From Rhizophagus irregularis (lineage: Eukaryota), in assembly GCF_026210795.1 (NCBI RefSeq), contig NC_089433.1, positions 4,278,001 through 4,342,000 on the forward strand: 64,000 nt of DNA, given 5' to 3'. The notes below the pieces were generated by a model. That model searched no databases and was not told where the DNA came from. It saw nothing but the letters and a program-made list of their open reading frames with translations. Below, piece by piece: positions 1 to 12,696 of the stretch. The first letter of the stretch is position 1; every line of letters begins with the position of its first letter. Position numbers and translations under genes: made by a program.

Positions 1-2399
1 GATTTAAAATTCTTTCCCCAAAAAATCGGTGTATGTATATTACCATAATAATCACACTTAAAATTAGAATACGTCTCTTTATTTGGCTAAAAATTATATA
101 TCCTAAAGTAGAAACACAATATACTTTTTTGTAATAATAGCAAAAAGAAATTGCATTATTAAAAGTGAAGGCGTTAGATATGTTAGATATTACTTAATAA
201 ACCAGTTTTATTCGAGTATAGTGGCATATACACGTGATAATCATTGAATAAAGTTTCTTTACGTAAGCAAAATTATGGGGCAATGGGGATAATGCAATTT
301 GCAATGTGTTTCACACGTTTTTCATGGGAAATTTTTTGAACCAATCATTCAATTTGGGAACTTTTACACCATTCTCCATTTTGAAAATGCTGTGTAATCC
401 GTTACGCTATGCGTGATAATTGCACATGTTTACACCTAGCATCGATTCTATTCATTTACAAAGCTACGATTAAGGAAAATAAGCACTTTGTTTGATGGAT
501 AAACCTTATTCCAGCAGATGATACTTCTCAATAATAGAGTAATGGCTTATGAGAATCATCTTGTTAGAAAAAAAAGGAAGAAATACCAAAACTTTTTTTG
601 TGCTGAATACATTGTTAAATAACCAACGTAATCTAAATCGGAACTGGTGTTCAATATTGTTTGAGCGTTTATAGTAAATTAATACTAAACTAAAACTGTT
701 AGGGAAATATATTTTATAATTATCGATATAGAAGTATCTTAAAAAAAATATTATATTAGACTTATGTATAATTATTTCATTTTATCAAACCACATTTATC
801 GTAGCTAGAAGCAATAAAATCTCTTTTCTCTCTTTTTTGATTAGAATCATCATAAATTCAGATGTTTGATTGGTAAATGGTAAATATTATTGCGATTATC
901 GTGGTTGACAATTCACAATCATCATCATCAACATAAGAACATTATCGGCTATTGTTAATCGTACATTTATCATAGAATATCTTTGATAATTTATTGGAAA
1001 TTACCTCGAGATTCTATAATTATTTTGAGATCACTTCTTAAGCCTGAAAAGCCGATATAGTAATGTTTATAGGAGATATATGAGGGAAATAACGGTTTTA
1101 TTTTCGTTAAATATGAAAGTCAAAAAATAGAACGTGTTTGAATTAATGCATCTGTAAATTAGTTTTCTAGAGATCTTTCAAAGGAAGTAATGTTTATGTT
1201 TGTAGAATGTTAAGGCATGTTTAAGATGAGATGACAAGAAATATAGAGAAAAATTACCAGTAGACCGGCTTCTTAATTTCGATTGGAATCAATCATTTTA
1301 TTAATATAATGGCAGCCCAAATTAAATTCCGAATAATCTTTCATGTTTTATCCACCAAAATTGAATACTTGGAGTACTTAGGTACTACTTACTGTATTCT
1401 ATAAAAAGTACATTATTTTACATATTTAATTAAATCGGTAATGTTGCAAATTTTTGCACTATTGAAAAAAATTTAGGGTTGGTTATAAAATTACGGTATT
1501 TTAAAAATTTTGGCTGTTAATTACAATGTCAGTTATGTAAGTTATATGAGAAAATATATCGGAATAATTCAGAAAGATTAAACTTAATATATTATCTCGT
1601 TTTTGAACCAAGTCGATCCGTTTTTTTCCGTAAAAGGCTCATATTTCCGGAATTAATAACCATATATCACGGAATTTATCGAATTATTTACATTTTCCGT
1701 GAATGGATCCGTGAAAGGCTCATTTTTACGGATATAATTAATAAGATGGCAAAAAAAATTAGTGATGCGACCCAAATTCATCCATGAGTTTTTACAGAAA
1801 TAACGGATAAAATTTTTTATAGGGCTATGTAACATAATTCTCACAACCCTAGTAATATTTGATGTATTTACTCATTGAGTAATGCAAAAATGGAAGACGA
1901 TATTGATTACTTTTTGTTATTAATTTAATTATAACTCTTGTTGAAATATCATGAATAAGAAAAGACATGTACACTTATATGTGCATTTTAGTTCTGATAG
2001 TTAAGATGTTAAGCGAGTGGCCAAATTTTATTTACAATATTATTGATACTACTTTATTAAACCATATCAATGGTGCTCAACATCATAGTATGTGTTTTCA
2101 CAAAACCTATGGTCTAAACCAAAAAATTACACTTCAATGAGCTTGGAAAAATGATATATATAATTGGTATTATTTTTTTTATACTGCAAATACTGCAAAA
2201 TGGAAAGTTTGAGATACTTATAAAATATAGATATGTGTAGTATAACTATCATTATATAGAATCAATCACTTCTTAGTATGTTAAGTAACGTTTATCGTCT
2301 ATTTATGTGATCACACTAAAAAATGTTTGTAAATTATTTATATTAAAAAAACAAATTATAATGATTTTTTTTTTTAAAAAAAAATTAATTTCTAACTAT

Positions 2400-2512
2400 C
2401 ACTGGGGATGATGATCACCGGTGACTGAAATTATGACGATCGACCAGCATTAAAAAATATAGTGCCGGTAAAAATTGATAATTCTGGCCAACGGTAATGA
2501 TCACCCCCGGTG
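2400..2512. mobile_element. Possible ~113-bp MITE with imperfect CAC...GTG terminal inverted repeats
   Basis: Left end CACTGGGGATGATGATCACCG resembles the reverse complement of the right end (CACCGGGGGTGATCATTACCG); AT flanks both sides (possible 2-bp TSD). Confidence 0.4.
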
Positions 2513-2992
2513 ATTTGAAGTAAAAAACTTTTATGAAATTGGTTTTAACTTTTTTTTATTAACAGTAACAAAGATCAGTCATCAAAAATCATATAGCAAT
2601 CTATGAAAAAAGAACAGGGAACATATCTATTGGGCAAGATTATTTTTAAAAAAGTCAAGTATCTCCAATTGATTAATATCAGATTATTCCACTCAAACAT
2701 ATAAAATGAAAATAACTAAACGAATGATTTCTTTCAAAATTAAATAATTTTTTTTTTGAATTAAGTGTTCAATAACCTGAAAAAATCATTGGGAAAAGTT
2801 ATTATAGAACGTCATGTAACAGCTTTCACGTCTTTAATATAAAAGATATTTACTATTAATGTTATTAGTGTATTTAAATTTAAATTAAAAAAAGGATTTT
2901 TATAACTGTATTGTTTATCAGATGTCTTCAACAACAAATTTTCTAAGATATTGCAATATTGAAGTAAATATGTAAACTAGTTGTTTAGATTT

Positions 2993-3167
2993 ATTTATTT
3001 TATTTCAGAGAGGAGTAACCAATGACGAGTACATAATAGAAGTTAACAACTATAACTAGTGAAAAACTATACTATTAGGGGTGCTGTGGTTATAAATCTC
3101 GTAAACAAGACCTCACCCTCTGGGCGGAACTACTCTAACAGTAAAACTACGCTACTGATAAAGTCAG
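2993..3167 (-). mobile_element. Short 5'-truncated non-LTR retroposon/SINE-like insertion
   Basis: 18-bp direct repeat AACTAGTTGTTTAGATTT at 2975-2992 and 3168-3185 flanks 175 bp that begins with a (ATTT)n tract, i.e. an A-rich tail on the minus strand. Confidence 0.6.
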
Positions 3168-3228
3168 AACTAGTTGTTTAGATTTTATTTTTATTTTATT
3201 TTATTTTATTACTAAAAGAGTGGTAGAA

Positions 3229-4351
3229 CAGGACCCCGGAAAATGCTTATATATATAAGGTACCAAGGTGCTTAGCCAACATAGAAAAGTTTTATGATGT
3301 AAGAATTTTATAATGCTTAATTTTGAGAAAATTTTACACTATGTAAGATAATTAAATTGCATATTTTTGGTATTATTTTAAAATACTAAGAGTTTTTAGT
3401 TGCTTATTTTTCATATTTATAACTTTTTAAAATATTATATATTGAATTTATAATTAATTTTTATTTTATTTTCACTAACGGTGAGTGTTAATTTTGTACT
3501 ACATTTCACAATTTTATATAAATACATAAACAAAAATTTTTTTTTGATGAAATTTTTCAATGTTTTATTAATTATCTGTCAATAGTATTTTTTTAATTTT
3601 TATTAAACTCAGTGTATTATTTTTAATATAAAATTACTATATTATACATGTTTATTTTGTTAAATAAAATTACTATAAATATGTTTTACTTTAAAATATA
3701 ATTTCACTACTCACCACTTTGGTTATATCAAATTATCTTTTATGCTTAAGTAAGTTTGTTCAGCAAGTTAAATCTACTTGTATTTTAATTTTCATAAGGC
3801 TAAGTATGATATTTATGTAGAAAAGCATATTTTTTTTAATGGTAATAACTTTTAAATTTTTCACTTTTTCGTTTATAACTTCAGAGCGTAATTACACCTC
3901 TTTGGTCAAATGAAATCGACTTTCTAAATTAATTGAAAGTTGTTCAGTAAGGTCGAAACTACTTATATATTAATTTTCATGAGTGTGGGTATAATACTTA
4001 TGGAGAAATTTACATTTTTTGTAATAGTATTAATTTCGAATTTTTCTTTTACTATTTATTAACTTTATTAATTGAATATTGTTAATCTACTTGTATATTA
4101 TGTTTAGTTTAGCTTCAAAACATATTTAAAATTGGATTTAATAAAATATATTAATTAATAAATATATTTTATAAATTATATGTATTATAATAAAAATTTA
4201 ATTAGGTTAGAAGATTGATTTGCTTATTTTTATATAGTTTTTAAGGTTAGATATCAACAATGCTTAGCGATCATAGTAAAAACCTATGCTTAGAGCTACT
4301 AATAAAAAATATTTTGGGACCTTACCTATATAAGTATTTTCTGGGGTCCTG
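3229..4351. mobile_element. Non-autonomous TIR DNA transposon (1123 bp)
   Basis: TIRs CAGGACCCCGGAAAATGCTTATA / TATAAGTATTTTCTGGGGTCCTG; 5-bp TSD TAGAA at 3224-3228 and 4352-4356; non-coding AT-rich interior. Confidence 0.8.
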
Positions 4352-4980
4352 TAGAACCCAGACTATTACAAATAAAAGAAGAAAGAGTTCGAAAAGACTT
4401 AAAACTAATATATGTGTATAGAACTTTGTTCGTCATCCTCTACGGGACCTCACTCTTCGATCTGTACTATTTGATAAAGTAGGACTATGCTAATGAATCA
4501 AATGGGAACCATAAAAAAACCATCCGAGAGACTAGCAACTATCTACAAAAGAAAATAGAATTTAAAGGGCAAATATATATAGTCTAACTTTATCTACAGT
4601 AAATGATGAGCGAAGAGGTTAAATCAATCAAAATTATAAAAAATTAAGATCCGTATTTTCCTTTTAACCAAGGTTGCCACCTGTGAATACTGTAAGAGGT
4701 GAAATATTTCACACTATTTTAAGTTATGTTATACATATGATAACATAAAAGAACTAAAATGTAGTTTATACTACTAGGATAGGGGTATCGTATTCCAAAT
4801 ATAGAATACTAATATATATAAATATATAAAATTTAAATGATCTTTGAACTTGAAGGTCCTGTAACCAGGGAGTCATCGGTAATAACTGGTGTAGGACAGA
4901 GTCATTTTGTCGTATGATCCTGAAATGAGAAATAATGATTCTCGTTATGAATATTGTCACGTTTATTGGGTCGATATTCA

Positions 4981-5449
4981 GTCATCGGACTGGATGTGGG
5001 AGGTGCTAGCACCACCCACCTCCGGGTCTACGACCTGTCGCAGTACCTATATGGCCCCTACAGGGCTCAGGAATCCCCAATATCTGTCACCATTTGTCAA
5101 TAACATCTGTCATATAACAATATACTAAAAAAGGATAAAATAAGGGAAAAGAGAGGAAAATACGATAGAATCAGAGGGGTATGACAGATATGACGGATAT
5201 GACAGATGTTTTAGAAAAATTGGGAGAGGGATATCTCCAGAAAAAAGTTTTGATTTTACCCTCCAGATCTGTTATTCTGTCATAGTTCTGTCATATGATC
5301 AGGATTCAGTCTATTCATCTGTCGGAAGCAGTGAGATAGCAAACCAGGTAAGTTAGCAGGTAAACCCCTAGAAGGTCTATAAAGCCAGTAAGACCAACCC
5401 CATCCTGCCTCCATCAGAAAAAATAAGTAATTAAACAATGGGTATACCA
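4981..5449 (+). repeat. Left terminal inverted repeat of copy A
   Basis: Homologous to the TIR of copy B (shared GCACCACCCACCTCCGGGTCTA...GCAGTACC and ...AACAATGGGTATACCA), with different internal 9-bp repeats. Confidence 0.85.
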
Positions 5450-5489
5450 AGACGATTCAGATGATAAAGAATACTTTTAGAAGGCAGTA

Positions 5490-5810
5490 CTAATCCGTCT
5501 TCCTCTTTTTTGCCTCCTTAAGGCATTTATCAATACACTGTTTACACGCGTTATCAGAATCTAAGATTTTCTATCCAAGTTTTTTGCATTGCCGATTGTA
5601 AGCCGTCTGATGTCTCTTAGCAGCGGTTTCTTTCTTTTTCTCCTTAGTCTTTTTCTTGATCACCCAGTCTACTCCAATAAAAGTATTCTTATGCATACCA
5701 TAAATTGTGCAGTCACCATGTAGCCGATAATGCCCATTTGTAGTCATATCTTGTATTTCACTAGCCGTCTCAGTTTCCTTCTTGCACTTTAGACAGTAAA
5801 AACGTGTCAT
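5490..5810 (-). pseudogene. Small CxxC...CxxC zinc-ribbon protein (DUF5679-like), premature stop
   Basis: MTRFYCLKCKK...HGDCTIYG; TAG at 5571-5573 where copy B has CAG. Confidence 0.7.
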
Positions 5811-5854
5811 CTTAAGATTTGAAGTCTGAAATCTTTTCTTTAATTTGTCGTAAT

Positions 5855-6946
5855 ATGTCACAATTAGAGAATTACTACAAGTACTACAGTCTATCCAGAA
5901 TACCAGCACGAATTTTAAAAGGTGAAGAGCACTACAACCTATACAAAAAGCCCCTAAAGGAAAAGTCAACAGAACGCCCAAAGGTAATTGTATGGAAACC
6001 AAATGCAACACACCAGGCAGATCTTGCAGAGATGCCAGTTGACCCCAAAGGATTCCACTATTTTCTCGTAGTGGTGAAAGTTGTAGGAAAGAGAGTCGAT
6101 GCAGAACCCCTAAAGGATAAGACTGCAAATAGAGTTCTAAACGGGTTTGTCAAAATCTACAGAAGAAATCGTATCAAGTCTCCAACACACCGACTGGAGA
6201 TAGACTCCAGATCAGAATTCACTAACGAACAGGTACGTGATTTTTTCTTGAACAGCCTAGGGGTAATGATGAGATTCGGAGAGCCAGGAAGGCATAAACA
6301 GCAATCATATGCTGAAAGAGCTATCCAAGCCATCCAAGAACCCCTTCTCAAACGAATGGTGGCACAGGAGTTGAAGACTGGGGTGATATCCGTGGAATGG
6401 TCAGAAGATTTCCATAATATAGTGAGTAAAGTAAATGAACTCTGGCAAAGAAATCCCCCAGACATTCCGACAGGATCACCCAAAGTGTCAAAAAAGACAG
6501 ACCTCCTCTCTGAAGGAACACGTGTCAGAGTCAAGTTAGATGAGCCTATTTCTGTACTTGGTAACAAACTTTACGAAAAATTCCGTACAGGAGATATAAG
6601 ATGGAACCCAAACATTCGTGTAATCAAAAAAATGATACTTTCACCCGAACAGCCTCCTACATATCTTCTTAATGGACCACATGGTCGATTAGGTGTATCC
6701 AGATGTGCATATACCCGAAAGGAATTGCAAGTAGTTCCTATTAATGAACGTCCTCCACCTGACTCTGTGATAAGAGGACAACCTGAAAGATTTGTTCCTG
6801 AGCAGATACTTCGGCATCGCATTAGAAAAGGTCAAGACCAGTATTTGGTTAAGTGGGAGCGCTATCCAGACACTGAGGCTACTTGGGAACCTGCTGACCG
6901 GTTGAAGGAGGATGTCCCTGACTTAATTCGCAAATTTTGGGAATAA
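5855..6946 (+). CDS. rve (DDE) integrase with C-terminal chromodomain, copy A
   Basis: HQADL / IDSRSEF / YAERAI catalytic pattern; chromodomain EQILRHR...YLVKWERYPDTEATWEP; first ATG at 5855. Confidence 0.9.
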   Translation: MSQLENYYKYYSLSRIPARILKGEEHYNLYKKPLKEKSTERPKVIVWKPNATHQADLAEMPVDPKGFHYFLVVVKVVGKRVDAEPLKDKTANRVLNGFVKIYRRNRIKSPTHRLEIDSRSEFTNEQVRDFFLNSLGVMMRFGEPGRHKQQSYAERAIQAIQEPLLKRMVAQELKTGVISVEWSEDFHNIVSKVNELWQRNPPDIPTGSPKVSKKTDLLSEGTRVRVKLDEPISVLGNKLYEKFRTGDIRWNPNIRVIKKMILSPEQPPTYLLNGPHGRLGVSRCAYTRKELQVVPINERPPPDSVIRGQPERFVPEQILRHRIRKGQDQYLVKWERYPDTEATWEPADRLKEDVPDLIRKFWE

Positions 6947-6971
6947 CAAAAAATAGAAGAATTAAAGGACC

Positions 6972-7708
6972 TTATTTTTTGTCTCCTCGATTCACGTCAG
7001 AAACTATTGGGATAAAAACATTCTTCCCATCACAAGTAAGGGCGACATGTTCACGTGATTCATGGACATCATAATTGTAACGTTTTAGACACGTCCGGCT
7101 CAATCCAATTTCCCTATGCTTGTATCCATCTAAAACTGCAAGATCCTCAGTGATAGCATAATCAGGGGTAAGTTTGATTGACACTCCCTTTACCATGCCA
7201 AATGTCCTACCTGTTCCTAGAGCACCAGATATGTTGTATGTAATACTCTTGTCGATATCCAACCCTAATTCCTCAGCAGCTTCTCTCTGAATAAAAGACG
7301 CATTAGCACAAGTGTCTGCTAAACACTGAATTGCTATCCCATTAACCTCCCCATTAAGTGCTAATAGATCTTTAATATTCTCCAAACGAGCTATATCAAT
7401 ATCCATAGGATCGTATTCCCTGATATCCTCTTCTTGTTCCTCCTCAGCTAAGTCATCTGAAATCTCTGTGACTTTTCTAGCAGACATCATCTCCTCCTGA
7501 AGAATCTCACGGAGTAATTTCCTAAAGTCTGCAGACCTTAACAGGCTTAATAAGTCATTCTTAGTAACAGCTTTTGCAGGTGTAGACTTACTACCAGTAA
7601 CTTTCACAGGAATCTTAACAGGAGTTGCTTTGCCTTTTAAGGGCACACTAGAAGAGCTAACTGCTGTCTTATTTAGGAACGACTTAAGAAGTTTTGAGAT
7701 ACTCGAAC
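6972..7708 (-). CDS. Retropepsin-like aspartic protease (-1 frame continuation of Gag), copy A
   Basis: GEVNGIAIQCLADTCANASFI...AAEELGL; frame is open back to the A9 run (7713-7721) at the Gag stop. Confidence 0.75.
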
Positions 7709-9139
7709 CTACTTTTTTTTTGACCCAACATGAACCATATAGACATCACCATCTTTTTCTCTCAATTCTACCTTTTCACCAAAACTCACAGTATCAATGT
7801 CCATAGCATCATCATTAAGATCGAGGTTTCTCATTGCTCGGGCCAAATCCAGATCATCACGTCTATCTTTAGCCTTCTGAAGTTGATTTGTAAATATTTT
7901 AGACGTCCCACGTTTATATCCCATAATAAGATCAATAGCATGTTGATGATCATCCAAAGTCCACTCAGGAGCATCAGGGTCATCACCAACATCAGGTTCT
8001 ATATAACCATCATCCCAATCAGGGTCCTGATGATCCTGAACAACACGTCTCTGTGGTTTTGGTCGAACAGGTTTAATCTGCTGTCTATAGACTGGTGGAT
8101 TACGAACTGGCTGAGCCTGTAATTGTTTAAATTGCACCTGAAAATTCTTGGTAAGTTCTTCAGCCTGAGCCTTAAGCAACTCTTGTAATTATTCTTGAGT
8201 AACCCCAGATGACTTTGATGTCAGTACGACAGGTTTCTGTTTTCCTAACGGAGGTTGAGTTACATCACTGTAATCTGCTTGAAGTCGTCGATTTCTATCT
8301 TATAACCCCAAGCGCATTTCAGCCCTTCTCTGTTCTAAATTTCTCAGATGTTTAACCAAGTCATCAGGATTAAGATTGTGAAACCTTTCTGCTTCAAAAA
8401 TATTATTAGCCGAAAGACCTCTAAAGAACTGGTCAATAATAAGATCATCAGTTAGTCTTAGTAATTTTCCAGCCCTCTTTACAGTTCTATAAAATGCATC
8501 AATTGGCTCATTTTCCTGGTAAAGACTGTTAAAACGGATATGTTTCTTTTCATCTAAAACAGTTGGAAATTGTGTTCTAAGCCTATAAAGCGCCTGGTTA
8601 GGTTTAATACCTGGAAAAACCATAGGATGATTATTATTAACAGCAACACCAGCATCTGCAGTAGCCAGAGCAGCTCTATCTGTAGGACGAGCACCAGCTC
8701 TTTTTCAAGCTTCATCTCCACCCATTAAATCATGAGTAGGAATAAATGCTGCTCTAATAGTTGCTAATGCATTAATTGGATCTCTTGAATAGATTTGTGC
8801 TTCAGATCCATTTACATAGGTACCTGCATTCAGTCCTCCTGCACCTTCTGGTATTACTAATGCTACAAAAGCAGCTAAATTAGCTCCACCAGCTGAAGTA
8901 ATACCAGAAAGTTCCCAATTTTTTCCTGTAATTTCTTGATCAAACCATTCAGCTGCTTCACCGGCCATGCAGCTTCTAAGTATACCCATAGCTCTTTTCC
9001 AAGACTCTGGTGGCCCTCCAGCAGCATATGGGTTAAGATTGATAGTATCAAGATAACCCATATAAAGCCTAACAAATGTATCAATATCATCAGTAGCTTT
9101 ACCCTCAAAAATTGGCAATCCTATCACAGTGGTAGCCAT
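7709..9139 (-). pseudogene. Ty3/gypsy-type Gag (capsid) gene, copy A, with internal stops
   Basis: ORF pieces 8705-9139, 8300-8623 and 7709-8179 lie in one frame; LPIFEGKATDDIDTF, AAEWF, MHR-like QENEPIDAFY and IDQFFRGL motifs. Confidence 0.8.
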
Positions 9140-9917
9140 ATTGTCTCTAGTGGATTGTTTAAAAGAGGTGGAGGAGGGTTCAATTGTCTAATTCGAAACC
9201 ATTGTACCTGAATTCTAAGAGCAGCTATTGTTGGAAAAGTCTATTCCTAAGTCTCCCTAATGTCTGAATCCCAAAATGCACCCTATTATTAGCATGTGCT
9301 AGCTGTGTATTAACCTGTCCAAGTTGCGCATTAGCCAATACAAGTTGTTCTCCAGTCTGAGTAGCCCTCAGCCGCCAATGATTTAGAAGGATATTACCAC
9401 AATTCACAGCATTTTGAGCCTCATTACGATCCATTACTGCTTGAGTATAATCTGCTTGTAATACATTACGTTCATGTCATGCCTGATTACGTTCACCTAT
9501 AGCCCATCGATGAAGCTCTACCATAGTATCATAATCTCTTTGCAGGTTATGGTTTTCTTCTATGAAATTATCATTGGCAGCACGTATAATAACTAATTGA
9601 CGTTCTAAATTAGTAAACGTTTCATCAAATGCATTTATCTTACCTTATGCAAAAACTAACAAATCTTTTGTAATACCAAGTTCTTCATGTTTTGCTTTAC
9701 AGTGATACATTAATATATTAATAATATGTTTGATTTGATTATTTGCCTCCTGTATCTCTGAATCAACAGTTAAACGACCCCTGGTAGTCAATAAATTTGC
9801 ATGAGCCTTTAGTATTCTAACTAATTCATCATCGTCTTCTTCATTAGCCAAGTGTTCAGGAGGCAGTCCAGTAGGTTCTGAAGGAGTATAAACTGGAATT
9901 GGTGTTGATGTCGACAT
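9121..9917 (-). pseudogene. Coiled-coil protein upstream of Gag, copy A
   Basis: Homologous to the intact 35529-36326 ORF; broken by stops and a 1-nt deletion near 9228. Confidence 0.75.
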
Positions 9918-9948
9918 AGTATTTAAACTAAGTAAAAATAAAATTCAA

Positions 9949-11172
9949 ATGGATCTTTATGTATACAATTTGGACGAGTACACGACTGACTCAAGACAAG
10001 GCAATGAGTTTGCTCCATCATGGCCCTTTTGATTAGCCGTAGCAGGTAGCTCAGACTCAGGTAAGACAACTATGATCATTAACTTGTTAATGGGTGACAA
10101 GAAGGCAAAGGAGGATGGTAATCGGTATGTACTATGTGATGCAGTACTTTTAGTTGGCAGATATCTTGACGAGCCGAAGTGGGCAGTTGTACATGATTTT
10201 TTCGAAGAGGAGAAGATCCCATTCACTGCAATAACCCATAGTGAGATTCCAGAGATTGACTCCTTCGACCCTACTCAAGCTACTGTGGTAATCTTCAAGG
10301 ATCTGATGGATGCACCTAAAAAAATCCAGGATCTCATCACTGGTTACTTTACACATGGACGACACAAAAATATTTCATGTATTTATGTAGCTCAAAGATT
10401 CTTTGCCATTCCTAAGGCTATTCAAGAAAATGTTAACTACATCTCACTGCATGGAGGTCATGGGAGCCTTACAGATATTAAGAGAATCATTCGCCTATAT
10501 ACAGAAGAATCAGAGTCATTAGCACCAGTAATTGATGATCTTACTTTGCAACGTGAATTTGTAGTGTTTGATCTTAGACGGTCTAAAAGTGATCCACTGT
10601 CCATTCGAGTAAGATGGGATACTAGTCTCAGTTCGATCACAGAGCAATCTCAGTTCAATCCTAGTTCAATCTCAGTTCAATCTCAGTTTGATCCAAGTTT
10701 GAACCCAGTTCGATCTCAGTCTGAACCCAGTTCAATCACAGTTCGATCCAAGTTTAGTCCCTATGGTTAGAAAGCTGTATCTGAAGCAAAAAAAGGTGGA
10801 CACTTGATTGAATTTGCTCAGGTATTTCCATCCCCTAAAGAGCATCAACATTTACTTGTACCTGGTGTCTTAGCCAAGAATACAGATACCTGGATTAAAT
10901 TTGTCTTTCGGGAAGCTTATGGACTCTCTGGTAAGATCCTAGGAGCTGACTTTCAGGACTTCTTAGCAAAAGTACAGGGTAGGACTGCAAAGACTGAAAC
11001 TCTGAAAATTGAGAATGTGAAGGAGTTATTCTCCCGATATGAAGCCCTGAAGTCTAGTCGCCCTCTGGATAATAAAAAAATAATAGAAGGTATTGAAGTC
11101 CTTCTACAGATCTTTTCTAAGAGCCACATGGACCGTCGAGCATTACAAGTAGGGATTAATAGTATCTTGTGA
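9949..11172 (+). pseudogene. A32/FtsK-like packaging ATPase, copy A
   Basis: GSSDSGKT, FTHGRHKNISCIYVAQ; stops near 10030 (CGA>TGA) and at 10768 (CAG>TAG) relative to copy B. Confidence 0.88.
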
Positions 11173-11716
11173 GAATATCAAGTAATTCGTCTGCAGGAGC
11201 TCTAAGAATCATAGCACTTTTTTTACGGCCTTCAAAGTCAATCCTTAACATCTTAGCCTTCAACCCTATTGCTCCTAAGGCACGAGAAGCAAAGTTCTTA
11301 GTCATTGAATTACTTATATGATTTACATAGTTCTCATAGAATGTATTGAAAGGCTCGTCGATACCATCTGAATATGTATCCCTTAGAAATTGATATAAGG
11401 CAATTTCTCCACTATCACAACCTATGGCTATAAGCTGTTCGAGAAGCCACTTCCTAATATCTTCATATGGCTCTCCATCCATAATTTTCATATCCAGTCT
11501 TTGTGTAAACAATTGTGTAAAGTCCACATTACTTGCCCGACGAATGATCTGAACTAACTTATCCCTAGCAAGTCCCAAGGCTTGTAGAGGGTCATTCTCA
11601 TCACTAATCTTCTTTATAATCTGTCTGTATAATACACTGGATAATCCTCTATGTGCTGTTTTTGGAGTGATTACTCCACAGTTTTGGCACTGGTTTATTA
11701 CGATTGATGTTGACAT
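11156..11716 (-). CDS. Hypothetical 186-aa protein (N-terminal CxxC, possible C-terminal winged helix), copy A
   Basis: Intact ORF conserved in both copies. Confidence 0.7.
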   Translation of the reverse strand: MSTSIVINQCQNCGVITPKTAHRGLSSVLYRQIIKKISDENDPLQALGLARDKLVQIIRRASNVDFTQLFTQRLDMKIMDGEPYEDIRKWLLEQLIAIGCDSGEIALYQFLRDTYSDGIDEPFNTFYENYVNHISNSMTKNFASRALGAIGLKAKMLRIDFEGRKKSAMILRAPADELLDILTRYY

Positions 11717-11761
11717 GGCTATCTTTCTTTATGTAAAAAAGAATTATTCAAAATTAAGTAA

Positions 11762-12343
11762 CTATTCAGAGCAGTCCTTGCACAACTTGTCCGTTAAGTC
11801 ACTTGGACTTACAGGCATGAGACATTCTCTACACAATTCAATATTAAGCTCTGCAAGTCTCGGGGTATGGTCCTCCAAAGTTCGTGGATGACTGGAAGGA
11901 CCAGAGGAAGGTGTCCCGTTAGTCGTATCTTGCTGTAAGATAAAATCATCATATTCATCTTGGTCAGCCTGAATAGCGGCCCTGATTTGTTGTATATCAT
12001 TGAAAGTTAACCGCTGCCCATCAAGATTTTCCTCATTATAGCGTATTTCATTGATGATTTCCTCTATAAGCGTCTCTTCTTCATAATAGACAAGGTAGTA
12101 ATCCTCAACTACCTCATAGTCACTCTCAATCAGTCTATGATATGTTCTAGTACCACGTCGAACATAACGTCCTGTATCTGTATTTAAATATACAGGTTGC
12201 TCTTCAGGTGGAGGTGCAGTTTGTCTACGGACAAGCCTTCCATCAATATAATCATGGGATTCCATAACTATTCGATTAAAGGTATCTCCACCGATAATAA
12301 TTGGACGTCCAGTTATAGGGTTAGCTATATAAGGGTAAGACAT
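11762..12343 (-). CDS. Protein with two NPxTGR (2-cysteine-adaptor-like) repeats and a C-terminal CxxC...CxxC finger, copy A
   Basis: IANPITGRPIIIGGDTFNRI and YLNTDTGRYVRRGTRTYHRL repeats; CREC...CKDC; start MSYPY is shared with copy B. Confidence 0.7.
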   Translation of the reverse strand: MSYPYIANPITGRPIIIGGDTFNRIVMESHDYIDGRLVRRQTAPPPEEQPVYLNTDTGRYVRRGTRTYHRLIESDYEVVEDYYLVYYEEETLIEEIINEIRYNEENLDGQRLTFNDIQQIRAAIQADQDEYDDFILQQDTTNGTPSSGPSSHPRTLEDHTPRLAELNIELCRECLMPVSPSDLTDKLCKDCSE

Positions 12344-12696
12344 GTCTTTTTTTCTGTATGTGTCTACATACCTAATAGTTTTCTTCAATTTATAATAACC
12401 AAGTGACATGGTCATCAGTCCTTATCAAGGCAAACATGGCATAGTAGCCTTTATCTTTATTAAATTTATTAATCGAACTTACAAAAATAAAATAAAAATT
12501 TTCAAAGTACAAAAAAGAAAAATAAAATTAACTAAAAACAAAACTATATAGTCTCCAAAACAGTAATAAAGTTATAAAATTAATTCAAAAGGAAAAAATC
12601 GCATAACACTAAAACTATCCTGATCCCCCGCCTAGATATATTCCAACCTAAGAAGAAGCAACTATGCAAACAAACCAACGAACAATGCGCCCATTA

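Noticed and set aside
1474..1851. Possible TAGGGTTG...CAACCCTA hAT-like MITE
   Set aside because: Only about 8 bp of clean TIR, and the flanking 8-mers (AAAAAATT vs GTAATATT) do not form a convincing TSD.
6157..6822. Antisense ORFs over the integrase, conserved in both copies (also 32565-33230), and similar shadow ORFs over ATPase, PolB and gypsy genes
   Set aside because: Explained by high nucleotide identity and codon bias of the sense genes; non-ATG starts and no motifs.
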